Source: Myxococcota bacterium
GTDB taxonomy: Bacteria > Myxococcota_A > SURF-8
Direction of reading: 5' to 3'
Length of the DNA stretch: 64,000 bases
NCBI GenBank assembly: GCA_965140415.1
Contig: OZ223209.1
Location: 5,856,001-5,920,000, forward strand
A model generated the notes under the pieces. It made no database searches. It had not been told where the DNA came from and was given only the letters and a program-made list of their open reading frames with translations. The translations under genes were made by a program, and so were the position numbers. Shown here in pieces: positions 28,035 to 37,090 of the stretch. Every line of letters begins with the position of its first letter. Within the stretch, counting starts at the first letter, position 1.

Positions 28035-28066
28035 AAGCCTTCGGAAAGATCTCCGAAGGCTTTTTT
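28035..28066 (+). terminator. Rho-independent terminator
   Basis: AAGCCTTCGGA-AAGATC-TCCGAAGGCTT followed by a T-run. Confidence 0.8.
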
Positions 28067-28282
28067 GATGCTCATATCCGTAGCCGTAGCGGCGAGGTGT
28101 AAACCCGCCGTTTTCCGGCTGGCTCGCTCTTCGTCGCTACAGAAAGACATGTCCCTAATTATTTTAGATTTTTGCGCGATACCGAGAAATCCTATCGGAA
28201 TGGTTTCAAAATTGTTATACTCTGAATTCTCGACAATCGAATCATGAACGAATCCCCTTGCTTTTTTCGCGGAGTTGGACGG

Positions 28283-30802
28283 ATGAACCAGACACACAAC
28301 CAGGTAGCGATTATTGGCGCTGGGCAGGCAGGACTTTCTGCCGCGTTGTTTCTGGCCGAGACGGGCCTGTCGGTCGAACTGATCGAACGCCGGGACACGT
28401 TGGGCGGTCATGGCTCGGACTGGTCCTGCATGGCGACGGAAGGCTGCCGTTATTGCAGCGCCTGTACGGTAGCCGAACTGGTGGAGAAAGCGAAATCGCA
28501 TCCCTCGATTCACGTGCATACCGCTCAGCATGTCACGCGCACAAGCAAAAATGGCAACGGGTTCGAATTGAGCCTGAACGACGGCAAAAGCCTGCAAGCA
28601 CAGGCGGTGATGCTGGCGATGGGAATGCGTCCCTTCGATCCGACCCCGCTGGAACCACTGGGTTACGGTCGGCTGGAAGGGGTTACGACCACTGTGGAGT
28701 TGAACCGCATTCTGCGCGAGAACCGCCTGAATGACTTTCTGCCTGAAGGCGATCGAGCGGCAAAGGTGGCGTTCATTCAATGCGTCGGTTCACGTGATAA
28801 GGAAAACGGCGGGGCCTATTGTTCGCAGGTCTGCTGCAAAGTGGCGGTCCGGCTGGCGCACAAGCTGTCGCATCTGCGCCCGGATGCGGAACTGACGGTC
28901 TTCACCATCGATTTGCAAAACAGTGGTAAGGTCTTTCGCTCGTTTGTCGATGAAATCTCGCCGCGCGTACAGTTCGTGCAGGGCGCACCGGCGGAAATCC
29001 GCCCGACTGCCGAAAATGGGCTGGTGATCATTCATGAGAATCCTGAAAGCGGCGGACGCGAGCCGTTAACGTTCGACCGTATCGTTTTAGCGGTCGGTAT
29101 GACACCACCAGCGGAATTGGGCGATCTACTAAACAGCTTGGGTGCTGCAACCGATGAATACGGCTTTATCGACCCGGCCAGCCTGCCGGAAAATGTCTTC
29201 GCCATCGGAGCGGCCACCGGTCCCACCGATTTAATCAACGCACGCGCCGATGCACTCGCCAAAGCCGGAGAACTGGCCCAGCGTCTGCTTTCAAATGGTC
29301 CTGTAGAAAACAACAAGTTAAATCTGGCCGTTATCGGCGGCGGTCCTGCCGCGCAGGCGGTGGCACAGGCGGCATTGCAGCGCGGCTACCAGGTGAACCT
29401 GATCGACGAACAACAGCGCAGCATAGAGCCGCATGAAGCGCTTCAATACACTCCTTCCGCCTCGTTGGTCAATCTTACCGGCGTGTTGGGAGATTTCACC
29501 CTGACATTGATGACCTCGCAGGGGCGGCAACGCGTACCGGCTGCGGCGATCGTGCTTGCCACCGGCGCGACGAGAGAACGCAACCTGCCCGAGGGATTAC
29601 CAACCGATTCCACCCAGGCGCTGTTTCTTCCTGAATTGGCCGAGCGCATGCAAACGGATCTTTCCGCCCTTCCTGCACGCATCGCGTTTTGGATCGACCG
29701 CGAGGGACCGGAATGGAAAGCTCATGCCCGGCAGGCGTTGAAGCTGGCCCTGCAACTGGCTGAAAACGGACGACGGATTTCTTTGTTTTCCGAGAAAATG
29801 CTGGTGCATGGCTTATACGGACAAGCGCTCTACGACAAGGCCAAACAGGCAGGTGTACGTTTTCTGCGCTTGAAAGCGGGAAGCCGTCCCCGTATCGAAA
29901 CCGATGCCGATGCGTTGCATGTCACGTTGAATGAAGCCACGATTCCCGGCGATGAACTTCAGGTAGACTGTGATCTGCTCGTACTGGCGGAAGCCGTGCG
30001 ACCCAATGAGGAAAATCAGGAGCTGGCGATCTTATTGCGTGAAGACGCCGATGGCGAAGGCTTCATGCAGTCGCCCAACGTGCGCCAGCGTCCCGTCAAC
30101 GGCTTCTGGCGCGGCGTCGCTTATGCCGGGGACTGTCACGACGAACTGGAGCCGGAGGAATTGAAACGCGAAGCGCTGGCGGTGATTTCTTCGCTGGATG
30201 CGTTGCTACGCTACGCCAAGCCGCCGGAACTGGCCCCGGTCATCATCAATGAAAAGAAATGCGTACGCTGTCTGACCTGCTTCTCGGTCTGTCCGCATCG
30301 CGCCATCGAACTGCTGAAAGGCAGCCAGCCGCACATTCTGCCCACCGCCTGCGTCGGTTGCGGTATCTGCGCGGGAAGTTGCCCGGCCCTGGCTATCGAC
30401 CACAACACCAGCACCAATGAACAGCTTGCCGGAGAAGGCACCGAGCCTGAGTTGGTTCTCTTCGCCTGTGAGCGTAGCGCAGCCTTGGCGTTCGAGCAGG
30501 CACAAGCGCTGGGATTGTCCGTCTCCGAGCAGCGTATGCGCCTGGTGCGAGTTCCCTGTGCGGGTCGGGTCGGCATCGAATCGCTTTTAGACCCGCTGAT
30601 TCGCGGAGCAAAACAGGTCGCGCTGTTGGGTTGTCACGAGGGCAACTGTCGCAGCAAGTACGGTAGCCACTTCGGCGAGAATCGCATCGAGCGCGCCCGC
30701 ATCGGTCTGGGTTCGCAAAGCGAGCGCATCCGCTTTTTCCCGGTAGCCGCCAACGAACCGGAGAGTGTGCGTGACATCCTGAAATCACTACTCCCCGATT
30801 GA
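28283..30802 (+). CDS. HdrA-like flavoprotein (tandem HdrA modules) fused to 2x[4Fe-4S] ferredoxin and MvhD-like [2Fe-2S] domain
   Basis: GAGQAG FAD motif, FIQCVGSRD...YCSQVCC, second degenerate IGGG module, CVRCLTCFSVCP/CVGCGICAGSCP, then FAC..VPCAGRV..GCHEGNC (MvhD). Confidence 0.85.
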   Translation: MNQTHNQVAIIGAGQAGLSAALFLAETGLSVELIERRDTLGGHGSDWSCMATEGCRYCSACTVAELVEKAKSHPSIHVHTAQHVTRTSKNGNGFELSLNDGKSLQAQAVMLAMGMRPFDPTPLEPLGYGRLEGVTTTVELNRILRENRLNDFLPEGDRAAKVAFIQCVGSRDKENGGAYCSQVCCKVAVRLAHKLSHLRPDAELTVFTIDLQNSGKVFRSFVDEISPRVQFVQGAPAEIRPTAENGLVIIHENPESGGREPLTFDRIVLAVGMTPPAELGDLLNSLGAATDEYGFIDPASLPENVFAIGAATGPTDLINARADALAKAGELAQRLLSNGPVENNKLNLAVIGGGPAAQAVAQAALQRGYQVNLIDEQQRSIEPHEALQYTPSASLVNLTGVLGDFTLTLMTSQGRQRVPAAAIVLATGATRERNLPEGLPTDSTQALFLPELAERMQTDLSALPARIAFWIDREGPEWKAHARQALKLALQLAENGRRISLFSEKMLVHGLYGQALYDKAKQAGVRFLRLKAGSRPRIETDADALHVTLNEATIPGDELQVDCDLLVLAEAVRPNEENQELAILLREDADGEGFMQSPNVRQRPVNGFWRGVAYAGDCHDELEPEELKREALAVISSLDALLRYAKPPELAPVIINEKKCVRCLTCFSVCPHRAIELLKGSQPHILPTACVGCGICAGSCPALAIDHNTSTNEQLAGEGTEPELVLFACERSAALAFEQAQALGLSVSEQRMRLVRVPCAGRVGIESLLDPLIRGAKQVALLGCHEGNCRSKYGSHFGENRIERARIGLGSQSERIRFFPVAANEPESVRDILKSLLPD

Positions 30803-30814
30803 TCGGAGCGATCC

Positions 30815-32020
30815 ATGAGCAAAGCCATTTTAAAGCACCACATGTCCCTGCTTGAACGTCTGACCGGCGAACCGTTGGGAGAGCGCGCCGTCGATTGCCT
30901 GGCCTGCGGGAAATGTATTTCGCGTTGCAGTTGGTACGACGAAGCCGGCGGTCCCAACCCGCGCCAACTGGTGCGCATGGCGGTATTGGGTTTGGAGGAG
31001 CAACTGGCAAGCAGCGACATGCTGTGGACCTGCATGTGCTGCAATCGCTGCGCGACAAGCTGTCCCATGGGCATCGACATCGGAAATCTGGTTCGGCTGG
31101 CGCGCGGACTGCCAGGCGCGGCGCATCAGATCCCGGAAGATTTCAAGCGCGGTATCAACTTCCGGCTGACGGTGGGAAACGTCAACGGGGTGGAAAAAGA
31201 AGACTACGTCGATACGCTGGAGTGGCTGGCCGAGGAATGGCAGGCGGAAGAGGAAAACGCGGCAATACCGATCGATGCGCCAGATTGTGAGTACGTCTAT
31301 CTGCCCAACCCGCGCGAAGTCGACCAGATTCCCATGCACCTGTTGGCCATGTGCCGTCTGCTGGCCGCCAGCGGTCAAAGCTGGACCTTGTGCTCCGATC
31401 TTTCCGACGTCACCAACTGGGGCTATTTCATCGCCGATGACGAAGCCGGGGCGCAGATAGCCAAACAGGTTGTAGACGCCATGGGAAAGCTCGGCGGGAA
31501 AACGCTGGTTTTAAGCGAATGCGGCCATGGCTACATCGTGTTAAAAGAATTCGCCGAGCGCTGGCTGGGACGTCCGCTGCCTTTCCGGGTGGCCAACATC
31601 GTCGAAGTCGTATTGGAAAACGTGGAAGCGGGGCGCATCAAGCTTGATAAAAACGCCACACCCGAAGCGGTGGTCTATCACGATCCCTGCAAGATCGGGC
31701 GCGGCTGCAAGCTTTACGAACAACCAAGGCGGCTATTGGCACACGTCTGCCCCGAAGTGCAGGATCTCTGGCCCAACCGGAAGCACTCGATCTGCTGCGG
31801 TGGAGGCGGCGGATTTTTACAGGACAGCAAGAGCATCGAAAAGCGCATGCACAGCGGTAAAAGTAAAGCCGATCAGATGGCGCAGGCAAGCGCCAAGATC
31901 GTAGCGACAAGCTGCCTTTCCTGCCATCGCCAACTAGGGGAATTATCGCACCACTACAAGCTGGGAAAAGATGTGACAACCGTTGCCAGTCTGGCCGCAA
32001 AGGCGTTGGTTAAGGGGTAG
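30815..32020 (+). CDS. (Fe-S)-binding HdrD/DsrK/HmcF-like protein (HdrC+CCG fusion)
   Basis: CLACGKCISRC, WTCMCCNRCATSCPMG, SECGHG, YHDPCKIGR, CCGGGGG, SCLSC. Confidence 0.85.
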   Translation: MSKAILKHHMSLLERLTGEPLGERAVDCLACGKCISRCSWYDEAGGPNPRQLVRMAVLGLEEQLASSDMLWTCMCCNRCATSCPMGIDIGNLVRLARGLPGAAHQIPEDFKRGINFRLTVGNVNGVEKEDYVDTLEWLAEEWQAEEENAAIPIDAPDCEYVYLPNPREVDQIPMHLLAMCRLLAASGQSWTLCSDLSDVTNWGYFIADDEAGAQIAKQVVDAMGKLGGKTLVLSECGHGYIVLKEFAERWLGRPLPFRVANIVEVVLENVEAGRIKLDKNATPEAVVYHDPCKIGRGCKLYEQPRRLLAHVCPEVQDLWPNRKHSICCGGGGGFLQDSKSIEKRMHSGKSKADQMAQASAKIVATSCLSCHRQLGELSHHYKLGKDVTTVASLAAKALVKG

Positions 32021-32111
32021 GGGGTAGAATCTGCATCTGCATCCAACCGTAGATCGGGTCGTTTGATCCGACATTCCATAGATCGAATTGATTTCCTGTC
32101 CGACAATTCTC

Positions 32112-33230
32112 TTACAGCTTGTTCAAACGCCGAACGGCTTGCAAGGGCGAGCGCCAGAAGGCGTTGTGACCGATACCGCAGAGCATCGTCATGTACGCCT
32201 GACTCGGCGACCAGCAGATGGGGCAACGCTGCTCTCGAATCAGGCGGCGGCAGTCCAGGCTTTTCGGCAAGGCCAACAGTGGCTCCAGTGCGCCATCGAA
32301 CTCCAACACATTTCCCAGTACAACCGGATAATTGATGCAGGGTTGCAGGCTGCCGTCCGGCTCGATCAGCACCGAGGCGCGCAGGCTCATGCAGGGTAAG
32401 GGTTGCCTTGGCGGCTGCGTTTCGTAAAACGACTGCGCCAGGGTCAAGAAGCGATTGCCCAATAGATCCGGGCGCAACTGCAAACGTCGCCAGAGATCGG
32501 GACGCTGTTTCAGTGCGTCATGAAAACGCTGTACTTCTTCAACCTGCTCCGGCGTGTGCAGATAGTGCGGGCTGGTCGAATACAGGTTGATCGTTACCCG
32601 CTCGCCGCGCGCTTCGCATTGCTCGATGTACTCCGGAGCAACGTCCAGGTTCCAGCGATTCAAATTGAAATTGTGATGTACGGCGATCTGGGGAAAGTGG
32701 CGGCGCAACTCGCGCAGCTGCTTGAGAGTGTCTTCTTTGCGCGCGAAGCTTTGTTTGTGGCCGCGAATGTCGTTGTGAACCGCTTCCGGTCCATCGGAGG
32801 ACACCATAAAGTGCAGCCTGGCCTGAGCCGGAATAAAGGGAGCCAGCTTCTCGGCAAGCGTCACCACGCGCTCGGTAAAGTAGCCGTTGGTATTGATGGA
32901 ATACGTCAGCAGATCCGGCAGATTGGAAAACGCGGCGCGCGTGATTTCTTCCAGATCCGTACGCAGAAACGGTTCGCCTCCCGAAAGCGATACGATTTGC
33001 AAGCGTGGATTTCGTTGCCAGATGCGGTTGATCTGCTCGGCGTCCAACTCCGCCGGACGTTCTCCCGGATGGCTGCCCATACCGCATTGACGGCAGTGCA
33101 GGTTGCAGCGCTTGGTCACGGTGACCTTTAGTTTGATGATATCGACATAGTCGGTGCGCTCCCGCATCTGATGGTGACGCAAGATCCGCCCCAGTAATCT
33201 GGCGGAACTCTTGGCGCGCGCTCGATTCAT
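32112..33230 (-). CDS. Radical SAM protein with C-terminal SPASM/twitch-like Cys cluster
   Basis: CNLHCRQC, LSGGEPFLR, NTNG, C-terminal PC..IEPDG.LQPC..CPIC; ATGA overlap with the upstream B12 radical SAM gene. Confidence 0.88.
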   Translation of the reverse strand: MNRARAKSSARLLGRILRHHQMRERTDYVDIIKLKVTVTKRCNLHCRQCGMGSHPGERPAELDAEQINRIWQRNPRLQIVSLSGGEPFLRTDLEEITRAAFSNLPDLLTYSINTNGYFTERVVTLAEKLAPFIPAQARLHFMVSSDGPEAVHNDIRGHKQSFARKEDTLKQLRELRRHFPQIAVHHNFNLNRWNLDVAPEYIEQCEARGERVTINLYSTSPHYLHTPEQVEEVQRFHDALKQRPDLWRRLQLRPDLLGNRFLTLAQSFYETQPPRQPLPCMSLRASVLIEPDGSLQPCINYPVVLGNVLEFDGALEPLLALPKSLDCRRLIREQRCPICWSPSQAYMTMLCGIGHNAFWRSPLQAVRRLNKL

Positions 33231-34606
33231 GACCGGCTCCGAACGGCGTTTGCCACCAGCCGCAACCCGGCCACCACGAGCGCCGAAGGTCGGTGTCGGC
33301 CTTGCAGGTAGCGACTCCAGCGCGAAGGGTCTAGATAGCGCGTCAGATAGGCCCGCTGCAAGGTCCATTGCAGTTCGCGGTCTTCCAGGCAGGAAGGGTT
33401 ATTGTGCAGCGCTTCCTTGAAAATTCCGCTGGGCAGCATGCCGTCGGCCTGGAGTTGCTCGTACAACTCACTACCCGGATGCGGCGTAAACAATCCCAAG
33501 GTGAAGGTATACGGGTCCAGCTCATCCAGAAATGCCAGCGTCTGGCGAACCTGCTCCCGCGTTTCACCGGGCAGACCGATCATCAAATGTGCGTGTGTGC
33601 GAATTCCCAAACGGCGGCAATGGGTAAAGGTCTGCCGGGCATGTTGCTTTCCGGCTTTGCCAATGCGGCTTAAAACCTCATCCGAGCCGGACTCCACCCC
33701 GAACTTGATGGTATGGCAACCGGCGCGCGCCATCAGCGCCAGCGTCTTTTCATCCAACGTTTCCACCCGCTGGTTGCAGACCCAGCCCAATATCAAGCCG
33801 CGTTGCAGAATGGCTTCGCATAGCTCCGGGATGTTCCCGGCAAAGAAGAGATCGTCGCGGAAAAAGATTTCCCGATACCCCAAGTCGACCAGGTACTCCA
33901 ATTCCTCCATGACCCTAGCGGTAGAATGTCGCCGGTAGCTGCGTTCGTAATAACCGGGTGTGTTGCAGAAGGTGCAGGCATACCGACAGCCGCGCGAAGC
34001 CAGGGCGTTGGTCCAGTTTTCCGTCTTCGCCAATAGATTCGGATAGCGATAGCCAAGGATCGGACGTCGGTCGGGAATCGGTAGCGTATCGAGATCTTGC
34101 AGCGGTGCTTTTTCGATGTTCATGGCCTGTCGGTGATAGACACCGGCAAGCGGCTCCTTTAGCGATGTGCTGTTGGCCAAGGTCATCAGCACCCATTCCG
34201 GGTCACTGGTACAAACGTGATCCGCCTGACCGGCATCGATCAAGCTGCTTGCCTGCTGCGGTTGCAGATTTCCGAAAACGAAAATCGTGCAATCGGGCAG
34301 GTGCTCTCGCAGACGCATTAGCACCTGGCGGTCGAACGAGAAAGTGTAGGCCGAAGTATGGGCGACAATCAGATCCTGATCTTCCACGCTGATCAGTAGT
34401 TTCTCGATTGTCAGGCTGTGATAGACGGCGTCGATCAGGCGAACCCGCCATCCGGCCTGGCGCAGCACGGTATAGGCATACAACAGACCCAGCGGCGGCA
34501 TCAGCGCATTGCTGATGCGCGCACCTCGGCACCAGGCTCCGTTGTAGAGATCCTTGATGATATTCTGGCCCGATTCATCGGGTAAATTGACAACTACGGC
34601 GCGCAT
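33227..34606 (-). CDS. B12-binding-domain radical SAM protein (class B methylase/HpnJ/BchE-like superfamily)
   Basis: MPPLGLLY N-terminal B12-type domain, SRGCRYACTFC, FRDDLF, FGVESGS, MIGLPGET. Confidence 0.88.
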   Translation of the reverse strand: MRAVVVNLPDESGQNIIKDLYNGAWCRGARISNALMPPLGLLYAYTVLRQAGWRVRLIDAVYHSLTIEKLLISVEDQDLIVAHTSAYTFSFDRQVLMRLREHLPDCTIFVFGNLQPQQASSLIDAGQADHVCTSDPEWVLMTLANSTSLKEPLAGVYHRQAMNIEKAPLQDLDTLPIPDRRPILGYRYPNLLAKTENWTNALASRGCRYACTFCNTPGYYERSYRRHSTARVMEELEYLVDLGYREIFFRDDLFFAGNIPELCEAILQRGLILGWVCNQRVETLDEKTLALMARAGCHTIKFGVESGSDEVLSRIGKAGKQHARQTFTHCRRLGIRTHAHLMIGLPGETREQVRQTLAFLDELDPYTFTLGLFTPHPGSELYEQLQADGMLPSGIFKEALHNNPSCLEDRELQWTLQRAYLTRYLDPSRWSRYLQGRHRPSALVVAGLRLVANAVRSRS

Positions 34607-34732
34607 GATGCCGGAACCTTTTTTGCTAAGTCGTTCGCTATCCCAACCCGAATACCATAGCACAGCATCAGGCGCTGCGATAGTTCATGAAACAGCAGAA
34701 CGGTCATTTCCTCCAAAACTTCCAATGTACAG

Positions 34733-37090
34733 TTACGGTGCCGGGTTCGGTTCAAGCCAGACGGGAGGCTGGGAGGCAGGAGCATCGGGAGAAATCAACG
34801 CATGGATGGCTTCGAAGCGAATTCCCGCCTCGGCTTGATTGCGTCCCTCGGCGACCCGGACGTTTTTCAGAAATGTCGTGAAATAGGCGAGCGGATCGCG
34901 ACTGTCGCTGGCTGCTTCCTGCTGTAACGGATCGTAAAACAACACGATCCGGTCGTACTTATTCAAGCGGCGATGGAGCACGGCTAGTTCTTTAGAGCAG
35001 CAGGTCATATCGATCCGTTCCGTCGCCATCGAAAGCTGCTTTTCGGCATAGAGGAGCAGATCGGGGTTGATGATGGGCGGGGTCATCGATTTCGCCTGTT
35101 GAATATCCTGCAATAACCGTGTGTCGTCGCGAAAAAGCGCAAACCCCGGATGATCTTTGAGCTTGTAGCGCATGCATAGATTGCGATCCAGCAGTTGGTT
35201 GCGCAGTGCAATGTTTTCCAGCGTCCTATCCGCAGGACAGCAACTCGGCCAGAGCTCCGTCAGCGCCAGGTGATCGACATGCCCGGCGGCGGAAAGGTAG
35301 GCACCGGCATCCCGATCTTGACCGTAGGATGCATACAACGCGAGCGTGCGCGGCTGCGGGTGATAGTCACGCACGATTTCCAGTGCCTGATTGCGCTGGT
35401 TGAACATCTCGCTCAAATAGATCCGATAGCCTTGGAAAACGAGGAAAAGCGCCAGAATCGCCAGAACGACGCGAGGCCACTTTTCATGGCGTCTCTCCCA
35501 CAGCCAAACCAGTTCCGGTGCCAGCGCCACGCTGAAGGGCGTTAGAAACAGCAAGGCATAGCGCCAGTGGTTCATGCCGTATGGTTGCGTCGCCAGCAGA
35601 AACAAGGCCATCAAAGGCAGAAGCGCCAGATACAGCGGCAGATCCCGGCTGCGAAAACGGAAGAATAATCCGTAAAGGAATAGAAGCTTGAAGGGCAGCA
35701 GGGGCGGATTCAATAAAATCGAGAGCTTGTTCAAACCGAAGGGAACCCGGTCCTGCCCCAGTCGACCACGCGTGATGTTCCCCAGGTCTGCCAAGAAGGC
35801 CTGGTATCCGTTCATGAGAATCAGCGCAGATAAAAACGCGGGAGTCAAAGCCAGCAGCAGCGCCAGGCGGCGATGATGTCCCTTATGCCAGGCAAAACCT
35901 CCTACGATCACGGCGTGGGCGGGAATCAACGCCAGAAATTCCGGTTTCAGTAAGGCGCTTAGCAGTAAGAAGGCGGTACTGATCGGAATGGCAAAAAGGG
36001 CAATGGCTTTCGATTGCTGTGCCCAGATTGCCAAACACAGCGCCGCGGTAAAGCAGGCTGCCGTGGGCAGATAGGCCGAAATGGCGCCACTCATGGCTAA
36101 CGCTGCCGGGCTAAGCAACATGAAGACGGCGGCGGCGATGGCTACCCGCCTTTGGGCGCTCCACTGCCAGGCAAAGAGATAAGTCAAGGGAACCAGCAGC
36201 CAGCCGCACATCCGGTTCAACCAGAACAGCGCGTCGATGCCATTACCCCAAAGTGAGAAGGCGGTGTGGAAAAGCGGCAAGAGCAGTCCGTGCATGCTGT
36301 GAGAACTTGGAATTTCCCAACCGGGCAGGGCGCGGGCTGTGGCCACCAGCACCAGATCGTCGTTCTGCATGTGCATCAACGCTCCGGGCAGTAACAGTCT
36401 CGATGCCGCCGCCACAGCTGCGATCAACCAGAACCAGTAAAGGCTGGAGCGATCCTTCTTTAAAGGAAGCGAACACAGAACCAGCAACATGCCGCCAAGC
36501 CCCAGAATACTAAGCGGGGTCCACCATGGCGCAGCGGTCTGGGAAGGAGCAGGATGGATAAAGGGATATCCTTTTAGTTCGTCGCTTTGAATGGAATGCG
36601 TTTTTTCGTCGTTGTTCTGCTGCCGGACTTCGATGAACAGGTCTTTCAGCTTTGCCAGCCGCCCGTTCTGTTGCGCCCAGTGTAACCATTGTGCAGCTAT
36701 CGTTTTATTGACTTCGAATGACGTGACGGGACAGACTGAAATCTCGCTAGTCGTATCGAGGAAACAGCCGCTTGTATCAGGCAGCGATTTCCGCTTCTCG
36801 CTGCGAGTAATCAATAGGCCGACTTCTTCCCTTGTTTGAGCCGCTTGCAATTTCAGCCGGAGGCTGGTGCGCTCGATACCGATCTCTAAAAGACGACCAT
36901 GCTCCGCCTGCCAGGAAGTAGGCGGCTTCAATAATTGCAGAAGATCTTGTTCATTTCCCTGCGCGATGGCGTAATCGGCTCGGGCGGAATTCAGTGGCAG
37001 CAGCAGAACGATCAACCCCAGCCAGAACACGCAGAAACCCTGTGTTCCAGCCGTTTTAAAACGCTGCCCCCCTGGAATCAATACGGACAT
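34733..37090 (-). CDS. Polytopic membrane protein, GT-C fold (PMT/ArnT-like) glycosyltransferase candidate
   Basis: Signal-like N-terminus, soluble domain, about 12 hydrophobic helices, acidic NDD motif in the loop following the first TM pair, WRY..L...PF motif. The start overlaps the stop of the upstream Cys-rich gene. Confidence 0.6.
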   Translation of the reverse strand: MSVLIPGGQRFKTAGTQGFCVFWLGLIVLLLPLNSARADYAIAQGNEQDLLQLLKPPTSWQAEHGRLLEIGIERTSLRLKLQAAQTREEVGLLITRSEKRKSLPDTSGCFLDTTSEISVCPVTSFEVNKTIAAQWLHWAQQNGRLAKLKDLFIEVRQQNNDEKTHSIQSDELKGYPFIHPAPSQTAAPWWTPLSILGLGGMLLVLCSLPLKKDRSSLYWFWLIAAVAAASRLLLPGALMHMQNDDLVLVATARALPGWEIPSSHSMHGLLLPLFHTAFSLWGNGIDALFWLNRMCGWLLVPLTYLFAWQWSAQRRVAIAAAVFMLLSPAALAMSGAISAYLPTAACFTAALCLAIWAQQSKAIALFAIPISTAFLLLSALLKPEFLALIPAHAVIVGGFAWHKGHHRRLALLLALTPAFLSALILMNGYQAFLADLGNITRGRLGQDRVPFGLNKLSILLNPPLLPFKLLFLYGLFFRFRSRDLPLYLALLPLMALFLLATQPYGMNHWRYALLFLTPFSVALAPELVWLWERRHEKWPRVVLAILALFLVFQGYRIYLSEMFNQRNQALEIVRDYHPQPRTLALYASYGQDRDAGAYLSAAGHVDHLALTELWPSCCPADRTLENIALRNQLLDRNLCMRYKLKDHPGFALFRDDTRLLQDIQQAKSMTPPIINPDLLLYAEKQLSMATERIDMTCCSKELAVLHRRLNKYDRIVLFYDPLQQEAASDSRDPLAYFTTFLKNVRVAEGRNQAEAGIRFEAIHALISPDAPASQPPVWLEPNPAP

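Noticed and set aside
32112-34606. Assigning the radical SAM pair as hpnH/hpnJ or as RiPP maturases
   Set aside because: No squalene-hopene cyclase cluster or short precursor peptide is adjacent, and the motifs seen are only superfamily-level.
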